NCBI GenBank assembly: GCA_963771175.1
Contig: CAVYSY010000001.1
Coordinates: 128,001 to 192,000 of the forward strand
Length of the DNA stretch: 64,000 nt
Direction: 5' to 3'
Source of the DNA: an uncultured delta proteobacterium
GTDB taxonomy: Bacteria; Myxococcota; Myxococcia; Myxococcales; Myxococcaceae
A model generated the notes under the pieces. It ran no database searches. It worked only from the letters and a program-made list of their open reading frames with translations, and was not told the DNA's origin. Made by a program: the position numbers and the translations under genes. Position 1 is the first letter of the stretch. Every line of letters starts with the position of its first letter. Shown piece by piece: positions 10,580 through 19,051 of this stretch.

Positions 10580-10612
10580 GAGGCGGGGAGGGCGCCCCGC
10601 GTCAGGCCGGAT

Positions 10613-13600
10613 TCACTGCTGGCCGGCGCGGGACAGCACCCCGCGCCGCATGCGTGTCTGCGCCAGTCGCGCGAAGAGCAGCAGCTTCCGCTCCGCGGCG
10701 TACTTCTCCAGCACCTGGAGCTGCTCCTGGGCCGCCTTGGCGTGGCCCGCTTGCGCCTCCACCTCCGCGAGCGCGAGCCGCGCGTCACACTCGGCCAGCA
10801 CGCTGCCCAACTGCCCGGCTTCCGCCACCGTGGCCTGGAGCTGAATGTTGGCGTCCGCGTCCTGCTCGGCCGAGGCCACGAGGGCTGACGTGACCGCCCA
10901 GGCCAATTTCACCAGGGCGTTCTGGTTCGCCCTCGCGAGCGGTTCCGCCCGCTCGCACGCGGCCCGCGCGTCCGCGAGGCGCCCCTGCGCCAGTCCCACC
11001 CGCGCCAGCAGGAGGGCCGCCTCGGCCTCTCCGTCCCGCACCTTCAGCGTCTTGAAGGTCTCCTCCGCCTCTCGCAGAAGCCGTGTGGCCTCTTCCGCAC
11101 GCCCTTCTTCCAGCGCGAGCCGCCCGAGCGCGATCTGCGCTAGCGCCAGCTCGCTCCGCCCGCCCGCCTGCTTGCGGATCCGCACCGCCTCCTCGAGGAG
11201 GCCGCGGGCACGGACGAGCTCATCCGACAGCATCGCCACGTTCCCGGTGGACACCAGATTGTAGGCGATCATCCGCTGGTCCCCGATGGCCTGGGCGGAC
11301 TCGGTGCTCTCCGCGAAGTGCTTCTGCGCGATCGCCAGGTCCCCGGTCTCCAGGTAGAGGGTGCCGAGGATCCACTGGCCCGCGTGCATGCTGTAGCGGT
11401 ACTCCGTCTCCCGGCTCAGGCGAATGCCCTCGACGGCCAGCTCCTTTCCCTTCTGGAACGCCCCCTGGTGGTGGTGGATGACGGCGAGATTGACGAGCGC
11501 CCCGGCCTCCACGCGGCGGTTGCCGAGCTCGTGAGCGATCCCCACGGACTCCTCGAACAGTGCCTTGGCCCCCGCCAGATCTCCTTGCATCAACAGGCAG
11601 TCCGCGAAGCCGTGGAGTCCGGTGGCCACGCCCTGCCGGTAGCCGAGCTCCCGCCAGATGCGCACGGCCTCGCCGAACAGCCGCTTGGCCTCCTCGTAGT
11701 CCCCCGCGCCGTGGGCGATGATGGCCATCTGCTTGAGCGTCTTGGCCTCGGCGTTCCGGTCCCCGGCGGCGGTGAAGATGCGGCGGGCCTCCTCGCAGAT
11801 AGCGAGGGCCTCCTCGGGGGGCTTGCCCAGACGCAGCAGCGCGTGTCCCTTCACCGAGAGGGCCTGCGCCACCAGCAGTCGCGCGCCTTGCTCCGTGCCC
11901 TCCTTCGCCGCCCGACCCGCCGCCTCCAGCGCGCCCTTGTAGTCGGACGTGGCGTCCATCACCTCGGCCTGGGCGAGGTGGAGCCGGCCCCGTTCCGAAG
12001 CCGAGGCGGGGAGCTGCTGGAGCTCCTCCAGCACACCGAGCGCGTCCCGGCCATGCCCACCGGAGAGCTGCGCGGAGGCCAGCTTCAGGCCGTAGTCGAG
12101 GTTGTCCGGATAGGTCTTGTAGAGGGTGTCGTAGATGTCGATCGCCTTGTCCCACTCCTTGCCGAACTCGCGCAGGCGTCCGTCCACCAGGAGGCGATCC
12201 GCGCGGTTCAGGGTGCCGGCCAGCGCGAGGGCCTTCTGTGCCTCCTCCAGCGCGCGGGTGTCATAGCCGAGCGTGGACCAGGCCTCCGCCAGGGCGGAGT
12301 GGGCCAGGGCGTACTGGGGATCCGCCTCCACGGCCTGCGTGAGCCGCTCCTGGGCCAGGAGCGTGTCATAGCTGCGGAGGTGGGAGAGCCCCTCGGCGTA
12401 GTACCGCAGCGCGTCCGCGTTGGCCGGCAGCGAGGCTCGCGCGTCCGGGCTGTTGGAGGTGGCGTCTTCGGCGCCGAGACGTCCACGAAGGCGCGCGCCC
12501 ATCCGGGAGATGAGCTTGAGCACATCCTCCATCATATCGGTCTCCGTGAGGGTGGTGAGGGTGTCACCAGTCGCGGTGTCCTGGAGCCGCACCACCAGTC
12601 GGAGCTGCCCGCCCGAGGAGCCCGGGACCGCCAGGTACGAGCCCAGCACGACGTAGTCCGTGCCGAGGTTCGCGTGGAGCCTTGCCAGGGTGTCCCTGGA
12701 GAGCCCGTCGCTGTCCTTCAGGGCCAGCTCCTGCTTGAGGCGGATGACGTTCTCGCCGGGGATGGTCCGGAGATCCTCCACGGCCGCCAGCTCCGCGAGC
12801 AGCATCTCGGCGAGCGCGGGGGACAGCCAGGCCACGTCCGGGTTCCCCGAGAGGTTCTTGAAGCCGAGCACCGCCACGACCCGGCGGGATCGGCTCTCTC
12901 CCCGAGGTGCCCGGCCGCCAACCAGCAGCCGGAGACCGGGACACGACACCACACCGGTGGCGCCCGCGAGCAGGAGTGCCCCCGCGGTGAGGAGGACGGT
13001 CCTCCGCCGCACCCGTGACGGCGCGAACCCCGGGGCGCGCGCGCGTCGCACCTTGTGGCCATCTCCGGGCGGCGGCGACAGGGGCGCGAAGCCCGGTATG
13101 CCTACCTCACAAATCTCGGTCGGTTCCTCCACTCCGGCGAAGACGTATGGCCCGTGGACCACCCACTCGGGGGCGCGCTCGGAATGGCTGGTGCCCACGA
13201 AGGCCCGGCGAGCCAGGTCGAAGGCGGCGCGCGTCATCAGCGTCTGTCGGGCGATCGCCAGTGACATGGTGCGGGCCGCCACCGGCTTGGCCAGTCCCTC
13301 GACCTCCACGGGCTTGGCTCCCCGTGCCACCGCGGCCGGTGGATTCTCGTGGAGGAACACCTCGCCCAGGTGGATGCCCGCCCGTGCCGCCAGCGGCACA
13401 CCCAGCTCCACGCCCAACGCGGCCAACGCCTGGTGGTAGGCGAGCGCGTAGCGGGTCGCATCCACCGGCCGGTCGAAGAGGAGGAGGAAGCCGTCGGTCT
13501 TGTCGATCTCCTGGCCCCCGTGCGCGCGGAGCAGGTCGCGGGCAAGCCGGTCGTGACGGTTGAAGAGCTGCGCGGCGCGGGTATCGCCCAGCGTCTCCAC

Positions 13601-14440
13601 CATTCGGGTGCTCTCGACGAGATCCGTCATCAGCAGGGTGCGGATGGCGATGCTCGGCTGGGCGGCAACGGTCAGCGCCCGGCTCACCTGGCGGGCGCTG
13701 GCGAAGCGGGCGTGCGGGTCGCGATCGAGACAGCAGAGGATGGCCTCGCGCCATCCCGGGTCCATCCCCGCGAGCCGGGGGAGCAGGGCCCCGTCGAGCA
13801 CCTCCGGGGAGGGCCGCTCGCCCGTCACCATCTCCAGGAGAACGGCGCCGAGTGCCCAGAGGTCGGAGCGGGTCGTCGCCGGTGCGCCCTCGCGCTGCTC
13901 GGGGGCGGGGTGGGGCAGCTCGGTCGCGGAGGGTTCGCGGCCCAGCTCGAAACCCATCACCAGGGCGCGGAGTCCGGCCCCACCGGGCACCAGCACCACG
14001 CGGGAGCTCGAGAGCGCCCGGTGGACGAGCCCCGCCTCGTGGGCCGCCGCCAGTCCTTCGACGAGCTGGTTGGCCAGCGCCAGCGCCTCCGGCCCCATCA
14101 GCCGTCCCCGGTGACGCAGGTGCTGCTCGAGCGTCTCGCCCTCCAGGAACTCCGTCACGAGGAAGGTGGACTCGGTGCCGGACGCGTCACGGTCGCGGAC
14201 GAGATCCAGCACCCGGCTGACGTTGGCATGTGACACGCCGCGGGCCTGGTTGAACTCGCGTCGCAGCCGCGTCATGGCTTCCGCGGAGGCGGCCACTTCC
14301 GGGCGCATGCGAGTGAGCATGACGGGCTGCTCGAGCGTGAGGTCGAGCGCCTCGTGGACATCCTCCCAGCCGGGACGGGCGATGCTCCGCCGCAGCAGGT
14401 AGCGCTGGGCAATGAGCTGCTCGTCCACCTTAGAAGTCAT
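10613..14440 (-). CDS. Membrane signalling protein: degenerate Ser/Thr kinase + class III nucleotide cyclase-like domain + TM + TolB-N-like + TPR repeats
   Basis: Kinase fold (HANVSRVLD, APE, DLWALG) with HRA in place of HRD and no DFG. Cyclase motifs LMTDLVEST, IDKTDGFLLLF, RAGIHLGEV, VEGLAKPVAAR. Hydrophobic helix VLLTAGALLLAGATGVV, then VAVLGFKNLSG and many TPR-like helices. Confidence 0.8.
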   Translation of the reverse strand: MTSKVDEQLIAQRYLLRRSIARPGWEDVHEALDLTLEQPVMLTRMRPEVAASAEAMTRLRREFNQARGVSHANVSRVLDLVRDRDASGTESTFLVTEFLEGETLEQHLRHRGRLMGPEALALANQLVEGLAAAHEAGLVHRALSSSRVVLVPGGAGLRALVMGFELGREPSATELPHPAPEQREGAPATTRSDLWALGAVLLEMVTGERPSPEVLDGALLPRLAGMDPGWREAILCCLDRDPHARFASARQVSRALTVAAQPSIAIRTLLMTDLVESTRMVETLGDTRAAQLFNRHDRLARDLLRAHGGQEIDKTDGFLLLFDRPVDATRYALAYHQALAALGVELGVPLAARAGIHLGEVFLHENPPAAVARGAKPVEVEGLAKPVAARTMSLAIARQTLMTRAAFDLARRAFVGTSHSERAPEWVVHGPYVFAGVEEPTEICEVGIPGFAPLSPPPGDGHKVRRARAPGFAPSRVRRRTVLLTAGALLLAGATGVVSCPGLRLLVGGRAPRGESRSRRVVAVLGFKNLSGNPDVAWLSPALAEMLLAELAAVEDLRTIPGENVIRLKQELALKDSDGLSRDTLARLHANLGTDYVVLGSYLAVPGSSGGQLRLVVRLQDTATGDTLTTLTETDMMEDVLKLISRMGARLRGRLGAEDATSNSPDARASLPANADALRYYAEGLSHLRSYDTLLAQERLTQAVEADPQYALAHSALAEAWSTLGYDTRALEEAQKALALAGTLNRADRLLVDGRLREFGKEWDKAIDIYDTLYKTYPDNLDYGLKLASAQLSGGHGRDALGVLEELQQLPASASERGRLHLAQAEVMDATSDYKGALEAAGRAAKEGTEQGARLLVAQALSVKGHALLRLGKPPEEALAICEEARRIFTAAGDRNAEAKTLKQMAIIAHGAGDYEEAKRLFGEAVRIWRELGYRQGVATGLHGFADCLLMQGDLAGAKALFEESVGIAHELGNRRVEAGALVNLAVIHHHQGAFQKGKELAVEGIRLSRETEYRYSMHAGQWILGTLYLETGDLAIAQKHFAESTESAQAIGDQRMIAYNLVSTGNVAMLSDELVRARGLLEEAVRIRKQAGGRSELALAQIALGRLALEEGRAEEATRLLREAEETFKTLKVRDGEAEAALLLARVGLAQGRLADARAACERAEPLARANQNALVKLAWAVTSALVASAEQDADANIQLQATVAEAGQLGSVLAECDARLALAEVEAQAGHAKAAQEQLQVLEKYAAERKLLLFARLAQTRMRRGVLSRAGQQ

Positions 14441-14582
14441 TCATCCCGTCCGGAAACCAGAGGCGCCGGATTCTGCCACATGCCCGGAGTCGGCACAGGA
14501 CGTATCCGATGACGGTTGGCCCATATCCACGAAGCGGTCTTGCTTGTTGCCTCCTCCCCTCGGGACTACATTCGCGCACCCA

Positions 14583-16451
14583 ATGAGGATAGCTCTCGTC
14601 GTGATGCCGCTCGCGGCGGCGGATCGCCCGAGCTTGGCGGTGGGGCTGCTGCAAGCTGCGCTGAAGGCCCGGGGCTTCGAGTGCCACGCCAAATACTTCA
14701 ACGTCCTGCTCTGGAAGATGTTGGGCCAGGAGGCGTACGGCGGGCTCGCCCAGCGCGCGTCGATGACGTGCCTGGGGGGTGAGTGGGCGTTCTCGCAAGC
14801 CTACTGGGGCACGCGCTTTTCCCACTGGGAGTCCTTCTCGCGCGAGGTTCTCGAGCATCCCGTCTGGGGCGCGAGCTCCGAGGAGCGCGAGTCCATCTGG
14901 CGGCTGAAGGAGCTGGCCCCCGCCTTCTTGCGTCTGGCCTTCGAGTCCTGTGACTGGGGCCAGTACGATCTCGTGGGCTTCACCAGCACGTTCGAGCAGA
15001 CGATGCCGAGTCTGTGTCTTGCCCGGATGATCCGCGAGCGCTACCCGCGGGTGCGGCTGGTGATGGGAGGCGCCAACTTCGAGGGCCGGATGGGGCGGCC
15101 GTACCTGGAGCACTTCGACTTCCTGGACTACGTGTCGACGGGGGAGGCGGACGACTCGTTCCCGCGCCTGTGCGAGAACCTCCGAGCGGGCCGGCGGGAG
15201 GTGCCGCCGGGCTTTCTCCATCGCGAGGGGGGCGAGCTCCGGGACTCACCGAGGGAGCGGGCCACGGGGCCCACCGCTCTCGACGCGCTGCCGACGCCGG
15301 ATTTCGAGGACTACTTCCGGGTGGCGAGTGCCAGCACGCCCGGGGGCCAATCGCTGGTGAACTGGCTGCCGGTGGAGGCTTCGCGGGGATGCTGGTGGGG
15401 CGAGCGCTCCCACTGCACCTTCTGTGGCCTGAACGGCGAGACGATGGCCTTCCGGAAGAAGAGCTGGCGCCGGGTAGTGGACGAGTCGGAGGAGCTGGTC
15501 CGGCGTCACGGCGTGGGCGCGCTCCAGTTCGCGGACAACATCCTGGCGATGAGCTACTTCGAGGAGCTGCTCCCCTTCTGGGCGAAGCAGCCGGAGGGCC
15601 CGTACAAGTTCTTCGAGATCAAATCCAACCTGAAGCGCCGCCAGGTGGGCCTGCTCCGGGAGGCGAAGGTCACGAGGGTGCAGGCCGGGGTGGAGAGCCT
15701 CCTGGATGGGACGCTCAAGCTGATGCGCAAGGGGGTGACCGGCGCGCAGAACGTGGCGCTCCTCCGCTGGTGTACGGAGCTCGGCATCCACCCCTCGTGG
15801 AACCTGCTCTACGGCTTCCCGGGGGAGGACCTGGCCGGGTACGCCGAGCAGCGCGCGCTGATGGAGAAGCTCGTCCACCTCGCGCCGCCCGTGGCCTGTG
15901 CCCCCATTCGCATGGATCGCTTCAGCCCCAACTTCATGAGCTGGCGTGAGCACGGCTTCGCCCGGATGGAGCCCATGCCCGCGTACCGGCATGTGTTCCC
16001 GTTCCCGGAGGACACGCTCCGCGAGCTGGCCTACTTCTTCCAGTACGAGCATTCGCGGTTCGGGCAGGCGTTGGAGCTGGGTTCCGGGCTGGAGGCGTTC
16101 CGACAGTCCTGGGTGGAGCGGGCCGGGCGCGGCGAGAGCGGGGAGCTGGCGGTGAAGCCCCATTGGCAGGGGGGCTATGTCCTGGTGGACACCCGTTTCA
16201 CGCATCCACGCTCCGCGGTCCGGTTGGACGAGGACACGCTGGCGCTGTTGCTCGCGTGTGATGCGCCCACCTCTCAGGAGGCGGCGCTGAAGAGCGCGGT
16301 CCAGGCCCGGTCGGGCAGGGCGGCCGAGCTCTCGGCCAGGCTGACGGAGCTTCTCGCGCAGAACGTGATCGCGCGGGTGGGGTCTCTCATGGTCACATTG
16401 GCGCTGTTGCCAGAAGGGCTGTCGCTGCAGCCGCTTCGTCGTGCAACCTAG
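14583..16451 (+). CDS. Cobalamin-dependent RiPP-maturation radical SAM C-methyltransferase (TIGR03975-like)
   Basis: N-terminal B12-binding region (VMP...PSLAVGLL, VGFTSTFEQ, MGGAN, GEAD); cluster motif SRGCWWGERSHCTFCGLN (CX7CX2C); FADNIL, QAGVESL, WNLLYGFPGE and DRFSP motifs. Confidence 0.88.
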   Translation: MRIALVVMPLAAADRPSLAVGLLQAALKARGFECHAKYFNVLLWKMLGQEAYGGLAQRASMTCLGGEWAFSQAYWGTRFSHWESFSREVLEHPVWGASSEERESIWRLKELAPAFLRLAFESCDWGQYDLVGFTSTFEQTMPSLCLARMIRERYPRVRLVMGGANFEGRMGRPYLEHFDFLDYVSTGEADDSFPRLCENLRAGRREVPPGFLHREGGELRDSPRERATGPTALDALPTPDFEDYFRVASASTPGGQSLVNWLPVEASRGCWWGERSHCTFCGLNGETMAFRKKSWRRVVDESEELVRRHGVGALQFADNILAMSYFEELLPFWAKQPEGPYKFFEIKSNLKRRQVGLLREAKVTRVQAGVESLLDGTLKLMRKGVTGAQNVALLRWCTELGIHPSWNLLYGFPGEDLAGYAEQRALMEKLVHLAPPVACAPIRMDRFSPNFMSWREHGFARMEPMPAYRHVFPFPEDTLRELAYFFQYEHSRFGQALELGSGLEAFRQSWVERAGRGESGELAVKPHWQGGYVLVDTRFTHPRSAVRLDEDTLALLLACDAPTSQEAALKSAVQARSGRAAELSARLTELLAQNVIARVGSLMVTLALLPEGLSLQPLRRAT

Positions 16452-16465
16452 GAGGGGAACAACGC

Positions 16466-16796
16466 ATGTCGAATCTCATCAGGTATCTGCTCACCGTGGA
16501 TTCCACGACGGGAGCAACGGTGAAGGTGGAGCGGTTGGGAGAGGCGGGCGAGCTCACGGAGGTTCCCGTCGGAGTCGATCCCCAGTCCACAGGGGATGGT
16601 CACCCCGTCGTCACCGCAGTCCGTGGTGGTCAACATCTACATGGGCGGGCCCCAGCCCACGGTGACAACCGGCCCGGCCCATCCGTCGCAGAAGGGCGGA
16701 GCCACGGTCCGGAGCGGCTCTCCTTCCCTTTCCGATGCCGAGCCGCCGCCGCCGGACATCATCCCGGGCGGTGGTTCGCACCGCGAGGGTAGCTAG
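16466..16796 (+). CDS. Small (~109 aa) protein, candidate RiPP precursor or rSAM partner; probable frameshift in GGGG at 16592-16595
   Basis: Strong RBS (AGGAGG) 15 nt after the rSAM stop. High-GC3 codon pattern switches frame at the G run, giving MSNLIRYLLTVD...PQSTGMVTPSSPQSVVVNIYMGG...PPPPDIIPGGGSHREGS. Confidence 0.6.
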
Positions 16797-16832
16797 GGGC
16801 ATCGCGCGGCGGTGGTGGGGAAGGAGGGCGGT

Positions 16833-17777
16833 CTACTTCCTTCCCAGCTCGGAGCGGAGCTGCTGGATGGCCATGAGCAGCGGCGGCGGCTGCATGCTGG
16901 CCGGCACCTCCACCGCGAAGCGCTCGAACTTCTCCAGCGCGCTCGCCTTGTCGCCCCGGCGCACCGCGAGCGCGCCCACGAACAGCAGCGCCTCCTGGGC
17001 GTCCGGGTACGTGTCCACCAGCTTCATCAGCTCCTGCTCCGCGCCGGTCTCGTCGCCGCGCACGGCCCGCAGCACGCCCTTGTGGACCCGCAGCTCCACA
17101 TGGAAGGGATCCACCGCCAGCCCGCGCAGCGTGACGCGCTCGGCGTCCTCGTACATCTGCTGCCGGATGAGCTCGTGGCTCAGCAGGGATGCGGCATCCA
17201 GGTCCGACGGATTGGCCTTCACGCGCTCCCACGCCTCGGCCATCTCCTGGTCCATCTGCGGCTCGCCCTGCTGCTGCGCGTTCGCCGCCATGCCCGGAGG
17301 CACCCGGCCGGTCGCCGAGTCTTCCTCGCCGCGCGGACGCTGCTCGGACACCAGCAGGTAGCCCAGGAAGCCGAAGAACAGCACGATGGCCGCGCCCCAC
17401 AGCGCGCCCTGGAGCTGGGGCGAGAGGGCGCCCTGGGACACGGGCGCCGACCGCGGCGCGGACGCCGTGTCTCCGCCGCCCTGCTTCTTCAGGTGCTCGT
17501 CCTTGGCGCGCAGCGCCGCCGCGGCCTCCAGCTCCAGCCGCGTGCGCTCGGCCTCGTACCGCTCCGTCGGGAGCGAGTGCTTGTCCGCCGCCAGCTCCTT
17601 GAGCTGCTCGATGAGGGACTGGTAGCGCCGCTCCAGGTCCTCGAGCGCACCGTCACGTGGCGCCTGCGCGCTCGCGGCCTTGCTGCGGCTCACGAAGAGG
17701 AAGAACGCCGCGGTGACGAAGCCCACCGCGAGCACGATGATGCCAGGCAGCCAGTTGGTGGTGGTCGAAGGGTTCAT
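16833..17777 (-). CDS. CcmI/CycH-like TPR membrane protein for cytochrome c maturation
   Basis: Two TM helices separated by a coiled segment (YQSLIEQLKEL...YEAERTRLE), C-terminal TPRs; start overlaps the ccmH stop. Confidence 0.7.
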   Translation of the reverse strand: MNPSTTTNWLPGIIVLAVGFVTAAFFLFVSRSKAASAQAPRDGALEDLERRYQSLIEQLKELAADKHSLPTERYEAERTRLELEAAAALRAKDEHLKKQGGGDTASAPRSAPVSQGALSPQLQGALWGAAIVLFFGFLGYLLVSEQRPRGEEDSATGRVPPGMAANAQQQGEPQMDQEMAEAWERVKANPSDLDAASLLSHELIRQQMYEDAERVTLRGLAVDPFHVELRVHKGVLRAVRGDETGAEQELMKLVDTYPDAQEALLFVGALAVRRGDKASALEKFERFAVEVPASMQPPPLLMAIQQLRSELGRK

Positions 17778-18271
17778 TGATCCAGCTCCCGGCGCACGGC
17801 CGCGAGGTACGGGTCCACGGAGTCGTTGGTGGAAGAGGGGGCAGCGGGCGTGGGAGGCGCGGCCGCCGGGGCGGACGGCTCGGGCTCGCGCCGCACCTGC
17901 CGGTAGATGACGAAGCCTCCGCCGAGCAGCAGGACCACGGGCCCCAGCCACACGAAGAGGTTGAAGCCCTCGGCCTTGGGCTGCAGCAGCACCCACTCAC
18001 CGTAGCGGGCCACGAAGTACTCGCGGACCTCCTGGTCCGACTTCCCGGCGGACACGAGCTCGCGGATTTTATCGAGCTGGGCGCGGGCCATGGAGGAGGG
18101 GCTGTCCGCGACGGACAGGCCCTGGCACACGGCGCAGCGCAGCTCCTTGCCGAGTGTCTGGACGCGGGCCTCCAGGGGAGGCGCGAGGGGTTCACTTCCG
18201 GCCTGCTGGGGCGCGTACTGGCCCGTGGCGATGCCGAGGAAGAGGGTGAGCGAGAGGAGGGCAGCGGTCAT
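17774..18271 (-). CDS. ccmH: Cytochrome c-type biogenesis protein CcmH
   Basis: Signal peptide, LRCAVCQGLSVADS motif, YFVARYGEWVLLQP, C-terminal TM. Confidence 0.9.
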   Translation of the reverse strand: MTAALLSLTLFLGIATGQYAPQQAGSEPLAPPLEARVQTLGKELRCAVCQGLSVADSPSSMARAQLDKIRELVSAGKSDQEVREYFVARYGEWVLLQPKAEGFNLFVWLGPVVLLLGGGFVIYRQVRREPEPSAPAAAPPTPAAPSSTNDSVDPYLAAVRRELDQ

Positions 18272-18391
18272 GGGTGGGCCAAGGGCTCACCTACCTATCG
18301 CTACTGGCCGGGTGTTGCCCAGGGAAACCCGAGGGCAGGGGAGCGACCTGCGTGCCCGCCCGCCCGCTGTCCGGGGGCCGAGGGGGGGCTG

Positions 18392-18808
18392 CTAGGAGGC
18401 GGCGGACTCGTGCTGCCCCCGCCCGTGCCGCATCTGCCGCAGGCGCAGCAGGCCGGTGGCCATGAGGCCCAGCAGGCGGAACTCGGCCGGCTCCAGCTTC
18501 TTCACGGTGCGGACCAGCCGGCGGATTTCGGCGGGCTCCTCGGTGGGTCGGGGCGGGGCTTCCTTGGCCCAGAAGTTCTCCTGGGCGGGCGTGAGCCCCA
18601 GCAGCACGTCCGAGGGGATGCGCAGGGTCTCGCACAGCTTCCGGAGCGTGGGGACGCTGGGCAGCATGCCGCCGCGCTCCAGCCTGCCGTACACCTCGGT
18701 GGCGAGCCCCACCCGCTCGGCCACGTCCTCCTGGGTGAGATTGGCTCGGACTCGCGCGGCTCTTGCCGCTGTACCGATGGTCGCTGCCAGTCCTCGTGGG
18801 AGAGCCAT
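18392..18808 (-). CDS. XRE-family helix-turn-helix transcriptional regulator
   Basis: LTQEDVAERVGLATEVYGRLERGGMLPSVPTL HTH_3 signature. Confidence 0.88.
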   Translation of the reverse strand: MALPRGLAATIGTAARAARVRANLTQEDVAERVGLATEVYGRLERGGMLPSVPTLRKLCETLRIPSDVLLGLTPAQENFWAKEAPPRPTEEPAEIRRLVRTVKKLEPAEFRLLGLMATGLLRLRQMRHGRGQHESAAS

Positions 18809-18851
18809 ATGCCGTGCAGTCCTGGGTGGTGGGGGGGGCGCCGGGGTGACG

Positions 18852-18923
18852 TGACTTTAAAGATAACCGGAATAATGGTGACTTCAAGAGTCATGTGTGA
18901 GGAAGATATGACTCCGGAGGTCA
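18852..18923. promoter_or_regulatory. Three TGAC-N7-GTCA-type palindromic operator-like sites
   Basis: TGACTTTAAAGATAA (18852), TGACTTCAAGAGTCA (18879) and TGACTCCGGAGGTCA (18909) in the AT-richer gap between the divergent XRE and kinase genes. Confidence 0.45.
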
Positions 18924-19051
18924 GTGTTCGGACATTGGCCCGCCTCCAGCCTCGTCATCCTTGTTGTCCCGTCATCCTTCTTGGTCGTTCGTGAAGCGCA
19001 TGTTCACCTTTCGAGTCGTCTCGCCGACATCTCGGCGAAGGAGCTGCCCGC

